A stretch of 64,000 bases of DNA. Source: Candidatus Limnocylindria bacterium. Lineage in GTDB: Bacteria > Chloroflexota > Limnocylindria > QHBO01. The translations under genes were made by a program, and so were the position numbers. The stretch lies in contig DASSCI010000039.1 in NCBI GenBank assembly GCA_035697845.1, forward strand, positions 4,590 through 68,589, given 5' to 3'. The notes beneath the pieces are model-generated. The model did no database searches, was not told the DNA's origin, and worked only from the letters and a program-made list of their open reading frames with translations. Positions 1-9,555 of this stretch are shown piece by piece. Positions within the stretch are counted from its first letter, which is position 1. Every line of letters starts with the position of its first letter.

Positions 1-1
1 G

Positions 2-2335
2 GTGGCCTTGTCCACGACCACGGCTGATGACCTGGATGCCTCCGTCGGCGACCGCCTCGAGCTCGTGCCGGATCCGGACGATCCGCTGGTCGGCCAGTTC
101 GGCCTCCAGCAGGCCGCCGTGGCCGAGGTCGTGGGGATCTACGAGGTGGTCGATCCCAACGCCGACTACTGGGTGGGGGACTACGCGCTCGACCGACCGA
201 CGCGGGTGCCGGTCGGCATCAACGTCGTGTTGATCTACGCCACCGCGCTCGCATCCCCAGACGCCTACCCGGCGCTGGATGCGCTGCACGAGCCGATGCG
301 CTACACCTTTCGCTACTACGTCGACCCCGATCAGATCGATGCCGGCAAGCTCGACCAGCTGGTGGTCGACCTCCAGCAGATGGAGGCCAGCTACGCCTCC
401 TTCGCAAGCGGGTCGAGCGACTCGCTCACCACGCTCCAGACCGGCCTGCTCGACCTGACACAGCAGTACCTCGCCGAGCGCCGTACCTCGGAGGCCGTGC
501 TGACCACGGCGGCCATCGGCCCGACGGCGGTGGCCATCGCGGCCATCGCCATGGTCGCCCTGCTCGCCGTCCAGCGGCGGCGTGGCGCGCTCATCCTCCT
601 GCGGGGCCGTGGCGGGTCGGGATGGCAGCTGATCGGCTCGCATCTCGTCGAGGGGCTGCTATTGACCGCTGCCCCCGCAGCCTTGGCCTCCGTGGTCGCG
701 GTGGCTGTGGTGGACGGGCGCGCGACGCCGATCACGCCGCTCGCGGCTGGCCTGGTGGCGCTCGGTACGATCCTCGTGCTCGCGGCGACCACCCTTCCGA
801 TCGCGCTCGCGCCGCTGCGCCGCTTTGCGCGGGAGGCACCTCAGGCCCTGGGCGCCAGTCCGCGGCGACTCGCGTTCGAGGGATTGGCCGTCGGGCTGGC
901 CATCGGCGGCATCATCCTGCTCCGTCAGCGTGGGCTGGCCGGTGGCAGCGCGGCGGGGGAGCTGGCCGGGGTCGACCCGTTCCTGGCTGCCGTGCCGGCA
1001 CTGGTCGGCCTGGCGGTCGGGATCGTGACCATCCGCCTCTATCCGTACCCGATCCGCGCCGCCGGATGGGTGGCGGGCGGCGGCCGAGGGCTCGTTCCGG
1101 CCCTTGGGCTTCGCCGCGCGGAACGGCAGGTCGGGACCGGACACCTGCCGCTGATCGTGCTGCTGCTGACGATCGCCATCGGCACCTTCTCGTCCACCAT
1201 GCTGGCGACGATCGACCGTGGCCAGGTGGCCGACTCATGGCAGTCGGTGGGCGCCGCGTACCGGATCAGCGGAGGTTCGCTGCCGACGAACTTCGACGTC
1301 AGCGACGTTCCCGGGGTCGTGGCGGTCGCCGGCGCGCACGAGACGGATGCCTCGCTCGGTATCGGCGGCAGCGGCCGAATACCCGTCATCGCGATCGATG
1401 CGGCCGACTACGAGCGGGTCACCGCTGGCACGCCGGCAGAGACGTCGTTTCCCGGCTCGTTCAAGCAGGAGGTCGACCCGTACTGCACCGGCGAGCTGTC
1501 GGCGGAGGAGGTTGCCCAGCTCGGCGACGATCGGCCCGACTGCCCGGGCACCAGCGCTGCGCCGATCCCGGCGATCGTCTCGCGATCGCTCGCGCGGGAG
1601 AGCACGACGCCGCTGGGCGTGGGCGATACGTTCCAGCTGACCTTCGCCGCGCGCTTCGCCACCTTCGAGGTGGTCCAGCTGCGCGATGAGCTGGCCGGCC
1701 AGCCTGCCGGCCCGAGCTTCGTCATCGTTCCGCGCGACCTCGTGCTCGCGTCAATCGGCAACCGCCAGCTGCCGACGACCACCGTCTACGTCGACGCACC
1801 ACCCTCATCGGCCGATGCGCTGCGCGAGCGAGTCACAGCCAGCGGCTCGGGCGCAGCGCTCGATTCGCAGGCCGAGCGCGTCACGTCGCTTCGCGAACGG
1901 CCGCTGGTCGAGGCCGTCAGCAACGGCTTCCTGCTCGCCATGGGCATCGCCGTCGCGTACGCGGCCCTGGCCGTGGTGCTGTCGCTGCTGCTGTCCGGCG
2001 TCGGCCGGGCGCGCGAGACGGCGCACCTGCGGACCCTCGGCATCGCGCGGCGCCAGATCACGGCACTGACGATCATCGAGCACGGTCCGCTGGTGCTGAT
2101 CGCCGTGATCGCCGGGCTGCTGCTCGGGGTTGCCGTGGCGTGGGTGGTCCTGCCCGGGCTGGGTCTGAGCTCGTTCACCGGAGCCGACGTGGATCCGGCG
2201 CTGACGGTCGACATCGGTCAACTGGCCATCCTGACCGGAGTGCTGGTGGTCATCGTCGCCATCGGTGTCGCGCTGGCCGCCTGGGTCCAGCGCCGGACCG
2301 ATCCAGCAGCCGCCGTGCGCGAGGGGCTCGAATGA
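2..2335 (+). CDS. ABC transporter permease, FtsX/MacB-like, large extracytoplasmic loops (5' partial)
   Basis: Open frame continues from window edge. Two clusters of hydrophobic helices (res ~160-400 and ~630-770) separated by large soluble regions, typical of FtsX-domain permeases. The next gene, 16 nt downstream, is an ABC ATPase. Confidence 0.65.
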   Translation: MALSTTTADDLDASVGDRLELVPDPDDPLVGQFGLQQAAVAEVVGIYEVVDPNADYWVGDYALDRPTRVPVGINVVLIYATALASPDAYPALDALHEPMRYTFRYYVDPDQIDAGKLDQLVVDLQQMEASYASFASGSSDSLTTLQTGLLDLTQQYLAERRTSEAVLTTAAIGPTAVAIAAIAMVALLAVQRRRGALILLRGRGGSGWQLIGSHLVEGLLLTAAPAALASVVAVAVVDGRATPITPLAAGLVALGTILVLAATTLPIALAPLRRFAREAPQALGASPRRLAFEGLAVGLAIGGIILLRQRGLAGGSAAGELAGVDPFLAAVPALVGLAVGIVTIRLYPYPIRAAGWVAGGGRGLVPALGLRRAERQVGTGHLPLIVLLLTIAIGTFSSTMLATIDRGQVADSWQSVGAAYRISGGSLPTNFDVSDVPGVVAVAGAHETDASLGIGGSGRIPVIAIDAADYERVTAGTPAETSFPGSFKQEVDPYCTGELSAEEVAQLGDDRPDCPGTSAAPIPAIVSRSLARESTTPLGVGDTFQLTFAARFATFEVVQLRDELAGQPAGPSFVIVPRDLVLASIGNRQLPTTTVYVDAPPSSADALRERVTASGSGAALDSQAERVTSLRERPLVEAVSNGFLLAMGIAVAYAALAVVLSLLLSGVGRARETAHLRTLGIARRQITALTIIEHGPLVLIAVIAGLLLGVAVAWVVLPGLGLSSFTGADVDPALTVDIGQLAILTGVLVVIVAIGVALAAWVQRRTDPAAAVREGLE

Positions 2336-2363
2336 CCGGCAAGATAGATAGGTGGACGAGCGA

Positions 2364-3356
2364 ATGAGCGAACGCGGCAGCGAGATCGTCGACCTCCCAC
2401 GCGACGTGCCGGCGCCCAACGCCGCCGCGTGGGCCGAGGCTCCGACGCCCGCGCCCGAAGCCCGGGCGCGTCGCCGATTCGGCGAGGGCGCCCAGATCGT
2501 GTGCGACAACCTCGTCAAGATCTACAAGGTCGCCGACCTCGAGGTCGTGGCGCTCCAGGGACTCGACCTGCTGGTGAACGCCGGCGAGATGATCGCCATC
2601 GTCGGCGCGTCTGGCTCCGGCAAGTCGACGCTGCTGAACATCCTCGGCGGGCTTGATGTGCCTTCCGCTGGACGCGCCGTTGTTGCGGGCCACGACCTGA
2701 CCCAGATGGGACGCCGCGAGCGGACTCGATACCGGCGCCGCACCATCGGCTTCGTCTGGCAGCAGACCGCCAAGAACCTGCTGCCGTACCTGTCGGCCGT
2801 CGAGAACGTGGAGATGCCGATGATCCTCAATGGCTCGGCCGACCGCGAGCGCGCCTTGGAGCTGCTGCGAACCGTGGGTCTTGCCGAGCGTGCGGATCAT
2901 CGGCCGGAGCGCCTCTCCGGAGGCGAGCAGCAACGGGTGGCTATCGCCGTCGCCTTGGCCAACTCGCCCGAGGTCCTCCTGGCCGATGAGCCGACGGGCG
3001 AGCTCGACACGGCGACCAGCGCCGAGATCTTCGACCTGATGCGCCACGTCAACGCCTCGCTGGGCACGACGGTCATCATCGTCACCCACGACCCGCTCGT
3101 GTCGGAGCAGGTGCAGCGCACGGTCGCCATCCGCGACGGCCGGACGTCGTCGGAGACGCTGCGCCGGGGCCGACTCTCGGACGAGGGCGAGCACGAGATG
3201 TTCGCCGAGGAGTTCGCGGTGCTGGACCGCGCAGGCCGCCTGCAGCTTCCACGTGCGCATGTCGAGGCGCTGGGCCTCGAAGGTCGCGTCCGCGTCCATC
3301 TCGAGGACGACCACATCGAGATCTGGCCGGACGCTCACACGGAGCCTGACCGATGA
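2364..3356 (+). CDS. ABC transporter ATP-binding protein with ~90-aa C-terminal extension
   Basis: Walker A GASGSGKST, ABC signature LSGGEQQRVAIA, Walker B LLADEPT. AGGTGG sits 8 nt upstream of the ATG at 2364 (track ORF begins at an in-frame GTG at 2352). Confidence 0.85.
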   Translation: MSERGSEIVDLPRDVPAPNAAAWAEAPTPAPEARARRRFGEGAQIVCDNLVKIYKVADLEVVALQGLDLLVNAGEMIAIVGASGSGKSTLLNILGGLDVPSAGRAVVAGHDLTQMGRRERTRYRRRTIGFVWQQTAKNLLPYLSAVENVEMPMILNGSADRERALELLRTVGLAERADHRPERLSGGEQQRVAIAVALANSPEVLLADEPTGELDTATSAEIFDLMRHVNASLGTTVIIVTHDPLVSEQVQRTVAIRDGRTSSETLRRGRLSDEGEHEMFAEEFAVLDRAGRLQLPRAHVEALGLEGRVRVHLEDDHIEIWPDAHTEPDR

Positions 3357-4075
3357 CCGCCACGGACCGATGGGCTCCAGGCCACGGCGCCATGGTCATC
3401 GCCGACGCGCTCGTGCGCGACTATCCCTCCGGCGACTCCGTCGTCCACGCCCTGCGCGGCGTTTCCTTCGAGGTTGCCCGCGGTGAGCTGATGGCCGTCA
3501 AGGGCCGATCCGGTTCCGGCAAGACGACGCTGCTCAACCTGCTGGGCGGGTTGGACAAGCCGACGTCGGGGCGCGTCGTCGTCGACGGGCGGGAGATGTC
3601 GAGCATGTCAGAGGCACAGCTCGTGGACGCACGCCGCAACACCGTCGCCTTCATCTTCCAGGCGTTCGGGTTGGTGCCCATCCTGTCCGCGGCAGAGAAC
3701 GTCGAGATCCCGCTGCGCCTGGTCCGGGCCAATCCAGCCGAGCGCGATGACCGGGTCATGGAGCTGCTGGAGCTCGTGGGCCTGGCGGAGCGGGCGAACC
3801 ATCGGCCCCATGAGCTCTCCGGCGGCGAGCAGCAGCGCGTGGCGATCGCCCGCTCGCTGGCGAACCGGCCCAAGCTGCTCCTGGCCGATGAGCCGACCGG
3901 CCAGCTCGACTCGACGACCGGCCACTCGATCATGGCCACGTTGCGGTCCGTGGTCCGGGCGGAGGGCGTCACCGCGGTCGTCGCCACACACGATCCGGCG
4001 CTGCTCGACCTGGCCGATCGCGTCCTCGAGATCCAGGACGGCCGCATCCGCGAGGCGGAGTCCGTCGCGTCCTGA
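3353..4075 (+). CDS. ABC transporter ATP-binding protein (second ATPase, probable heterodimer partner)
   Basis: Walker A GRSGSGKTT, signature LSGGEQQRVAIA, Walker B LLADEPT. ATGA overlap with the upstream stop. Confidence 0.85.
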   Translation: MTATDRWAPGHGAMVIADALVRDYPSGDSVVHALRGVSFEVARGELMAVKGRSGSGKTTLLNLLGGLDKPTSGRVVVDGREMSSMSEAQLVDARRNTVAFIFQAFGLVPILSAAENVEIPLRLVRANPAERDDRVMELLELVGLAERANHRPHELSGGEQQRVAIARSLANRPKLLLADEPTGQLDSTTGHSIMATLRSVVRAEGVTAVVATHDPALLDLADRVLEIQDGRIREAESVAS

Positions 4076-4121
4076 CTCCCCACGGTGCCCGTCGATCGGG
4101 CCGACCCGGACCCGGCCTGGA

Positions 4122-4712
4122 TCAGCCGACGTCCTCGAGCCAACCCTCGCGAAGCGCTCGAGCCGCGAGCTCCGTCCGCGACGCGACGCCGAACCGCTCG
4201 AACAGCCGGCGCAGGTGTGACTCGACGGTGCGCGAGCTGATGCCCAGCCGCGAGCCGATCTCGTCGTTCGAGGCGCCATCGACCACCAGCTGGAGCACTT
4301 CGCGCTCCCGGGCGGACAGCGCGACCCCGCCACCCGGCCGAACGCCGAAGGCGAGCCCGCCGGAGGCAGCGCGGCGGATTGCGTCCAGCAGCTCGGCGGT
4401 CGGAGCGGTCTTGACCACGAAACCGGCAGCGCCGAGGCGGAGGGCCGCATCGGCGTACTGGGGGTAGTCGTACGACGTCACGACGACCACGGCTGGCATG
4501 GCGACGTCGGATCGGAGCAGCTCGAATCCGGACTCCTGCCCGAGGCGGAGGTCCAGCAGCAGCACGTCGGTCGAGCCGGCCTCGAGGATCGGCCGCAGCT
4601 CGTCGAGCGAGCCGGCCACGCCGGCGATCTCCATGTCCTCCTGTCGGTCGACCAGCGCCGCAGTGCCCTCGCGGACCAGTGGATGGTCGTCGACCACCGC
4701 CACCCGGATCAC
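4122..4712 (-). CDS. Two-component response regulator, NarL/LuxR family
   Basis: N-terminal receiver domain (VIRVAVVDDH...LLLDLRL) and C-terminal LuxR HTH (REREVLQLVVDGASNDEIGSRLGISSRTVESHL). Start placed at the GTG (VIRV) 10 nt after the HK stop; the track ORF extends further upstream. Confidence 0.85.
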   Translation of the reverse strand: MIRVAVVDDHPLVREGTAALVDRQEDMEIAGVAGSLDELRPILEAGSTDVLLLDLRLGQESGFELLRSDVAMPAVVVVTSYDYPQYADAALRLGAAGFVVKTAPTAELLDAIRRAASGGLAFGVRPGGGVALSAREREVLQLVVDGASNDEIGSRLGISSRTVESHLRRLFERFGVASRTELAARALREGWLEDVG

Positions 4713-4722
4713 GAGGTGAAGG

Positions 4723-7125
4723 TCACTGAGGACGCCACTCCAGCGCGACGCGCGTGCCGCCCGCCGGCCAGCGCCTGACGTCGAGCAACGCGCCGATCTG
4801 TTCGGCACGCTGCTGCATGTTGGCCAGGCCGAAGTGGCCGACCCGCGGCGCCTCCTCGGCGGCTTCGCTGTCGATGCCGGCGCCGTTGTCGTCGATCGCC
4901 AGGGTCACCCGGCCATCCCCGCGCACGTCGTACCGCACGGCGATCGGCGGCTTGCCGTGCTTGATCGCGTTCGTCAGGGCCTCCTGGGCCACGCGGAAGA
5001 CCGCGAGCTCGACGTTCGCCGGAGGACGCGTCTCGTCGGAGCGCTCAAGCTTCACCGGACCACCGGCCAGCGGCTCGACCCGCTCGACCAGCCACTCGAG
5101 CGCGGCGCCGGCGCCCAGGTCGTCGAGGATCGGCAGTCGCAGGTCGCCGACCACGGAGCGGAGCTTGGTTGCGACCTCGCGTGCCTGTTCCGCGGCGTCG
5201 TTCTGCCCGCTCTCGTCCAGGGTGCGCACCAGCATGGTGAGCTGCTGAAGCGCGTCGTCATGGAGGTCCGCTGCCAGTCGCGCCCGCTCCGTCTCGGCGG
5301 CCGCAACCGCGAGGTCGCGCTGAAGCTGCGTCCGCTGAGCGAAACCGATCAGCGGGTTCAGCGTGAATTGGCGCCAGATGACGACTGCTGCGAGCCAGGC
5401 GATCAGCACGATGAGGCCGATGGTGGCCACGACCGCCGTCGCCGCTGCGCCGGGCGTCAATGCCACCACCAGCGTCTCGAGGCGCTCGCGGACGGCACGT
5501 GTCTCGCTGCCGTCCTCGGCGAACGCGATCGGGATGCCCGCGATCAGCGGCGTGAAGGCCACGAGGACGACCGCCAGGGCCGAACCCGCCGCCATTGCCA
5601 CAAAGGCGAGCGCCATCGGCACCAGTGACGCCGCGAATACGCGCCATCGCCACTCCGGGTCGTTGTGCCTGGAAGCGAGCAGGTGCGCGACGCTGACGGC
5701 GGCGAGGGCCACGGGGACGAGGATCGTCGGGTTCGCGGCGGAATAGGAAACGTATTCGAAGGAGAGCTGGATCACCGGAATGCCAACCGCCGCGGCGAGC
5801 GGGACGGCCGCATCGGTCCATGCGTCTCCCAGGAATCCTCGGCGTATGGCGAAGCCCACGAGCGCCGCGAGGCCGGTCCCGACGATCACGGCCCACGTGT
5901 TGTACTGCGTGATGCCGGCGAAGATCACCAGGGCGAGCAGCGCGTACGTCAAGCGGTCACGCCAGGTCGCGATGATCGGGGCGATCCGGTTCGGCTCGAG
6001 CCGCGCAGCGCGTACCGAGCCCATGCTCGCGGTGACCGCGGCAACGGCTCGCTCCACGGGCAGGAACTGCCAACCGAGCGCGATACCGAGAAGCACGACC
6101 GGCAGGACGGGGTCGGGCATCGGCTGGGTGAAGAGCGTCACCGCCAGGGTCGGCACCAGGGCAAGTGAGACGAGCTGCGCGCGAGCCCGGAGCTGCCGTG
6201 GCATTCCGGTCGCGGCGATCGCCGCCGGGATCACGGCGATGGCGGCGATGACCAGGAGGAGCGCGCCGCGCTGCGTCGGGTCGAGCGCGGGCGAGGTCAT
6301 GTAGCGCACGACGAACAGCACGGCGAGCGCCGCGGCACCGACCGTCGCGGCCACGCCCGTGCGCATCCACGACGGATCGGAGAGTGTGCGCAGCAATGAG
6401 AGGCCGACGAAGAGCGCCAGGGCGATGGGGAGGAGATACCCGGCATAGATGCCGATGGGTGTCCCGACCTGCACGACGGGCAGCAGCAGGAACGGTGTTG
6501 CCGCGGCGACGCCAAGCAGCACGGCAAGCTCCCGGCCCCGGTCACCGCCGAGCCCGTGGGCCAGGAAGCGCCAGATCGCTGCGCCGATCACGACGCCGAG
6601 AATCATCACCCACACCGACTGGCGCAGGGCTGCCTCGAGCGCCCCACGATCGATGGTGCCGATTACCTGGATCCAGTTCGCCTCGAGATCCACGTATCCG
6701 GCCGTCGCGCTGGCAATGTTCTCCGACCGGACCGGCTCCACCGGGATGCTGAACTCGCCACGCTCGTAAGTCCCAAGCTCCTGGGCCATCGGTCCGAGCT
6801 GCTCCCAGATGGAATTGGGAGTCGGGTTGTAGATCGGGATCGGCCCCTCCAGCCTCGCGTTGACCGGCTCGCGCTTCACAGTGGCGCCATCCACGGTCGT
6901 GATGTCGATGATCGGAGACAACGGGCTGAAATACGCTCGGGCGGCATTTCCGTCAGGAGTGACGTCCGCGACGATCACCCCCGGCGGATTGGTCAGCCCG
7001 TGGTCATCGAAGGCCAGTGTCATGCCGATGTCGACCCGGCCGTAGTCCCAAACGACGATCGACGCAATGGCCGCGCCCAGCGCGATGAGCAGCGCGGCGG
7101 CGTCTCGCACTCGGGTCAACGACAT
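4723..7125 (-). CDS. Sensor histidine kinase (HisKA_3/HATPase) with large N-terminal extracytoplasmic plus multi-TM sensor region
   Basis: C-terminus has an H-box (LHDDALQQL) and HATPase motifs (EALTNAIKHG...DDNGAGID). The first ~600 aa carry one TM, a ~150-aa soluble domain and then ~10 hydrophobic helices. Start chosen at MSLTRVRD. Confidence 0.75.
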   Translation of the reverse strand: MSLTRVRDAAALLIALGAAIASIVVWDYGRVDIGMTLAFDDHGLTNPPGVIVADVTPDGNAARAYFSPLSPIIDITTVDGATVKREPVNARLEGPIPIYNPTPNSIWEQLGPMAQELGTYERGEFSIPVEPVRSENIASATAGYVDLEANWIQVIGTIDRGALEAALRQSVWVMILGVVIGAAIWRFLAHGLGGDRGRELAVLLGVAAATPFLLLPVVQVGTPIGIYAGYLLPIALALFVGLSLLRTLSDPSWMRTGVAATVGAAALAVLFVVRYMTSPALDPTQRGALLLVIAAIAVIPAAIAATGMPRQLRARAQLVSLALVPTLAVTLFTQPMPDPVLPVVLLGIALGWQFLPVERAVAAVTASMGSVRAARLEPNRIAPIIATWRDRLTYALLALVIFAGITQYNTWAVIVGTGLAALVGFAIRRGFLGDAWTDAAVPLAAAVGIPVIQLSFEYVSYSAANPTILVPVALAAVSVAHLLASRHNDPEWRWRVFAASLVPMALAFVAMAAGSALAVVLVAFTPLIAGIPIAFAEDGSETRAVRERLETLVVALTPGAAATAVVATIGLIVLIAWLAAVVIWRQFTLNPLIGFAQRTQLQRDLAVAAAETERARLAADLHDDALQQLTMLVRTLDESGQNDAAEQAREVATKLRSVVGDLRLPILDDLGAGAALEWLVERVEPLAGGPVKLERSDETRPPANVELAVFRVAQEALTNAIKHGKPPIAVRYDVRGDGRVTLAIDDNGAGIDSEAAEEAPRVGHFGLANMQQRAEQIGALLDVRRWPAGGTRVALEWRPQ

Positions 7126-7249
7126 GGCCCGGACGGTAGCAGAGGGGCATCGGCACACCAATGCGGGAGATCACGCAACGGGGCTCGGTGACCTGCCGGA
7201 TGGACGCTCGCTCGGTGGGCGGCCACCATCGGTGCCAGGAGGTGAACCG

Positions 7250-7345
7250 ATGCAGACCCTTCGCGCATCCGCGATCGCGCTTCCCTTCATCGGGCTGGCA
7301 GTGCTGATCGGCGTCCTATCGATCCTGCTCGCCTCTCCTCGCTGA
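7250..7345 (+). CDS. Possible 31-aa hydrophobic small protein (MQTLRASAIALPFIGLAVLIGVLSILLASPR)
   Basis: Strong SD GGAGGTG sits 6 nt upstream of the ATG. A single predicted TM helix. Lies in the divergent intergenic region between HK and saccharopine-DH-like gene. Confidence 0.25.
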   Translation: MQTLRASAIALPFIGLAVLIGVLSILLASPR

Positions 7346-7483
7346 CTCGCTGGTATCATCCGCTCGGCGCCACCGAGCCAGTACGGATGAGGCCCCTTTT
7401 CCACTGATTCGGTAGGCTCCCGGCACTCGAGATCCTGTTGCGCAGACGCGTGCCCCACGTCGGAACACGCACCCTGGTGATTC

Positions 7484-8710
7484 ATGCGAGTCCTGCTGAT
7501 CGGTGTCGGGACGGTGGGCGAGGCGATCGCGCGCATCTCCGCCCAATCGGACTGGTGCGAGGCGATGATCCTCGCCGATTACGACCTCACCCGCGCTCGC
7601 ACTCTCGCCGATTCCCTCGGCGATCCCGAACGCTTCCCGGCCATCCAGCTGGACGCCCGCGACGCCGCAACAGTCGCGGAAGCCGCCCGCGCCCATCGGG
7701 CGGACCTGGTCATGAACGCGGTCGCCCCGCAGTTCGTCATGCCGATCTTCCGCGGCGCCCTCGAGGCCGATGCGCACTACATGGACATGGCCTGCTCGCT
7801 GTCGAAGCCGCATCCGGATCGGCCGTTCGAGCTGCCGGGCGTGAAGCTGGGTGACGAGCAGTTCGCCATGGATGACGCCTGGAAGGCGCGCGGCAAGCTG
7901 GCCCTGGTCGGCATGGGCATGGACCCAGGCCTGACCGATGTCTTCGCCGCCCACGCCGCGAAGCACTCGTTCGACGAGGTGCACGAGGTCCACGTCCGCG
8001 ACGGCGGCGACCTCGAGATTCCCGGCTACGCCTTCGCCCCGGTGTTCAGCATCTGGACCACCATCGAGGAGTGCCTCAACCCGCCGGTCATCTGGGCCGA
8101 CGGCGACTGGCACACCACCGAGCCGTTCAGCGCGCCGGAGAACTTCCCGTTCCCGGAGGGCATCGGCCCGGTCGAGTGCGTCAACGTCGAGCACGAGGAG
8201 GTCCTTCTCGTGCCGCGCTGGGTGGACGCGCGAAAGGTCACCTTCAAGTACGCGTTGGGGTCCGACTTCATCGACAAGCTCAAGACGATCCACGCGCTGG
8301 GCATGGATCGGACCGATAAGGTCGCCGTCAAGGGCGTCGAGGTCTCACCGCGCGACGTTCTGGCCGCCATAACTCCCGATCCCATCTCACTCGGTGACAA
8401 GTTCCGTGGTCGCGCGATCGTCGGCACCTGGGTGATCGGCTCCAAGGACGCCCGGCCGCGCGAGACTTTCGCCTACCAGATGGCCGATGCCGAGGAGATC
8501 TGGGCCAAGCATCACCTGCAGGTCGTCGGCTGGCAGACCGGCTTCAATCCGACCATCGCCATGGAGCTGCTCGCCACGAACGCCTGGTCCGGCGCCGGCG
8601 TACTGGGCCCCGAGGCGTTCGACCCGGATCCATACCTCGGCCTGCTGGACCTGCATGGCATCCACCACGCGGTCGTGGAGATGGAGCCGGGCGCGCATCG
8701 GCCAACCTGA
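7484..8710 (+). CDS. Saccharopine dehydrogenase NADP-binding domain protein (LysDH/homospermidine-synthase-like)
   Basis: N-terminal Rossmann motif VLLIGVGTVGEAIA and overall saccharopine-DH-like architecture; 408 aa. Confidence 0.75.
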   Translation: MRVLLIGVGTVGEAIARISAQSDWCEAMILADYDLTRARTLADSLGDPERFPAIQLDARDAATVAEAARAHRADLVMNAVAPQFVMPIFRGALEADAHYMDMACSLSKPHPDRPFELPGVKLGDEQFAMDDAWKARGKLALVGMGMDPGLTDVFAAHAAKHSFDEVHEVHVRDGGDLEIPGYAFAPVFSIWTTIEECLNPPVIWADGDWHTTEPFSAPENFPFPEGIGPVECVNVEHEEVLLVPRWVDARKVTFKYALGSDFIDKLKTIHALGMDRTDKVAVKGVEVSPRDVLAAITPDPISLGDKFRGRAIVGTWVIGSKDARPRETFAYQMADAEEIWAKHHLQVVGWQTGFNPTIAMELLATNAWSGAGVLGPEAFDPDPYLGLLDLHGIHHAVVEMEPGAHRPT

Positions 8711-8889
8711 CGCTGCCGGTTCTCGCCCGATGGGACTAACGGACACTCATTGGCCGAATATCTACCCGGCGGGACTCCCAGCCACGCACCAGCGCCCCAT
8801 ACGCTGGCCGAACGTGCCATCCCACGAGAATTCAGCCACTCATTGGCCGATGGTCCCGCCCCACGAGAGTCGAACGCGAGGTCCGAAGT

Positions 8890-8918
8890 TTGACCGATGC
8901 GGACCTACCCCCTATCAT
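8890..8918 (+). promoter_or_regulatory. Sigma-70-like promoter for tRNA-fMet (TTGACC-N17-TATCAT)
   Basis: -35 TTGACC at 8890-8895, 17-nt spacer, -10 TATCAT at 8913-8918. The tRNA 5' end lies 7 nt downstream. Confidence 0.45.
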
Positions 8919-8925
8919 TCGAAGT

Positions 8926-9000
<75 letters not shown>

Positions 9001-9044
9001 CGCATACGAGATCGAAAGCCGCCTCCCGCCAGGCGGCTTTCGTG

Positions 9045-9422
9045 TTATCCGGCGCGAGCGCCGATGATGATCTCGTTGCCATCGGGATCGAGCACGCGCG
9101 CAACCCGCTCTCCCCATGGCTGGTCGACCGGTTCCGCCGTGACGCGAACGCCGGCTTTCCGCAGCCGATCGACCGCCGCGTCGCAGTCATCGGCGTAGAC
9201 CCACAGGCTCACGGCTCGGGCGACCGGCGACGAGGGCACATCGGCAGCGAGGCCGATGCCGATCGAGGACGCGCCGATCTCGAGGCCGACGTATGCCGGC
9301 AGTCCATCGGGGCCGGGAAACTCGTACGTCACGCGACCGTCGAGCAGGTCGCGGTAGAACCGCAGTGCCCGCTCCATGTCCGGCGTCGAGAGGATGGGAA
9401 ACAGCTCACTGAACATCGGCAT
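9045..9422 (-). CDS. VOC/glyoxalase-family protein
   Basis: MPMFSELFPILSTPDMERALRFYRDLL... resembles the glyoxalase/bleomycin-resistance fold. The track ORF is longer but overlaps the tRNA, so the start was set at the internal ATG. Confidence 0.65.
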   Translation of the reverse strand: MPMFSELFPILSTPDMERALRFYRDLLDGRVTYEFPGPDGLPAYVGLEIGASSIGIGLAADVPSSPVARAVSLWVYADDCDAAVDRLRKAGVRVTAEPVDQPWGERVARVLDPDGNEIIIGARAG

Positions 9423-9555
9423 ACCTCCTGCTCCGAACGACGAACGGTCGCCGGTGGGATCGACGTCTCGGCGGCCATGATGCGTCCGTCGTTCGGTACA
9501 ATGCGGCGACCTACCTCGCCCCCGAGCGATCCCCGCAGAAAGGGTTGACGCGCCC

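Noticed and set aside
622-1689. Long Arg/Gly/Ala-rich ORFs in the provided track (for example 622-1689, 659-1144 and 912-1238) overlapping the ABC permease in other frames
   Set aside because: Typical high-GC antisense/alternate-frame artefacts: low-complexity R/G/A-rich translations with no motifs, lying inside a well-supported gene.
7316-8293. 325-aa ORF antisense to the saccharopine-dehydrogenase-like gene
   Set aside because: Fully contained on the opposite strand of a gene with a clear Rossmann motif. Its composition (R/D/G/A-rich) is consistent with GC3 skew, not a real gene.
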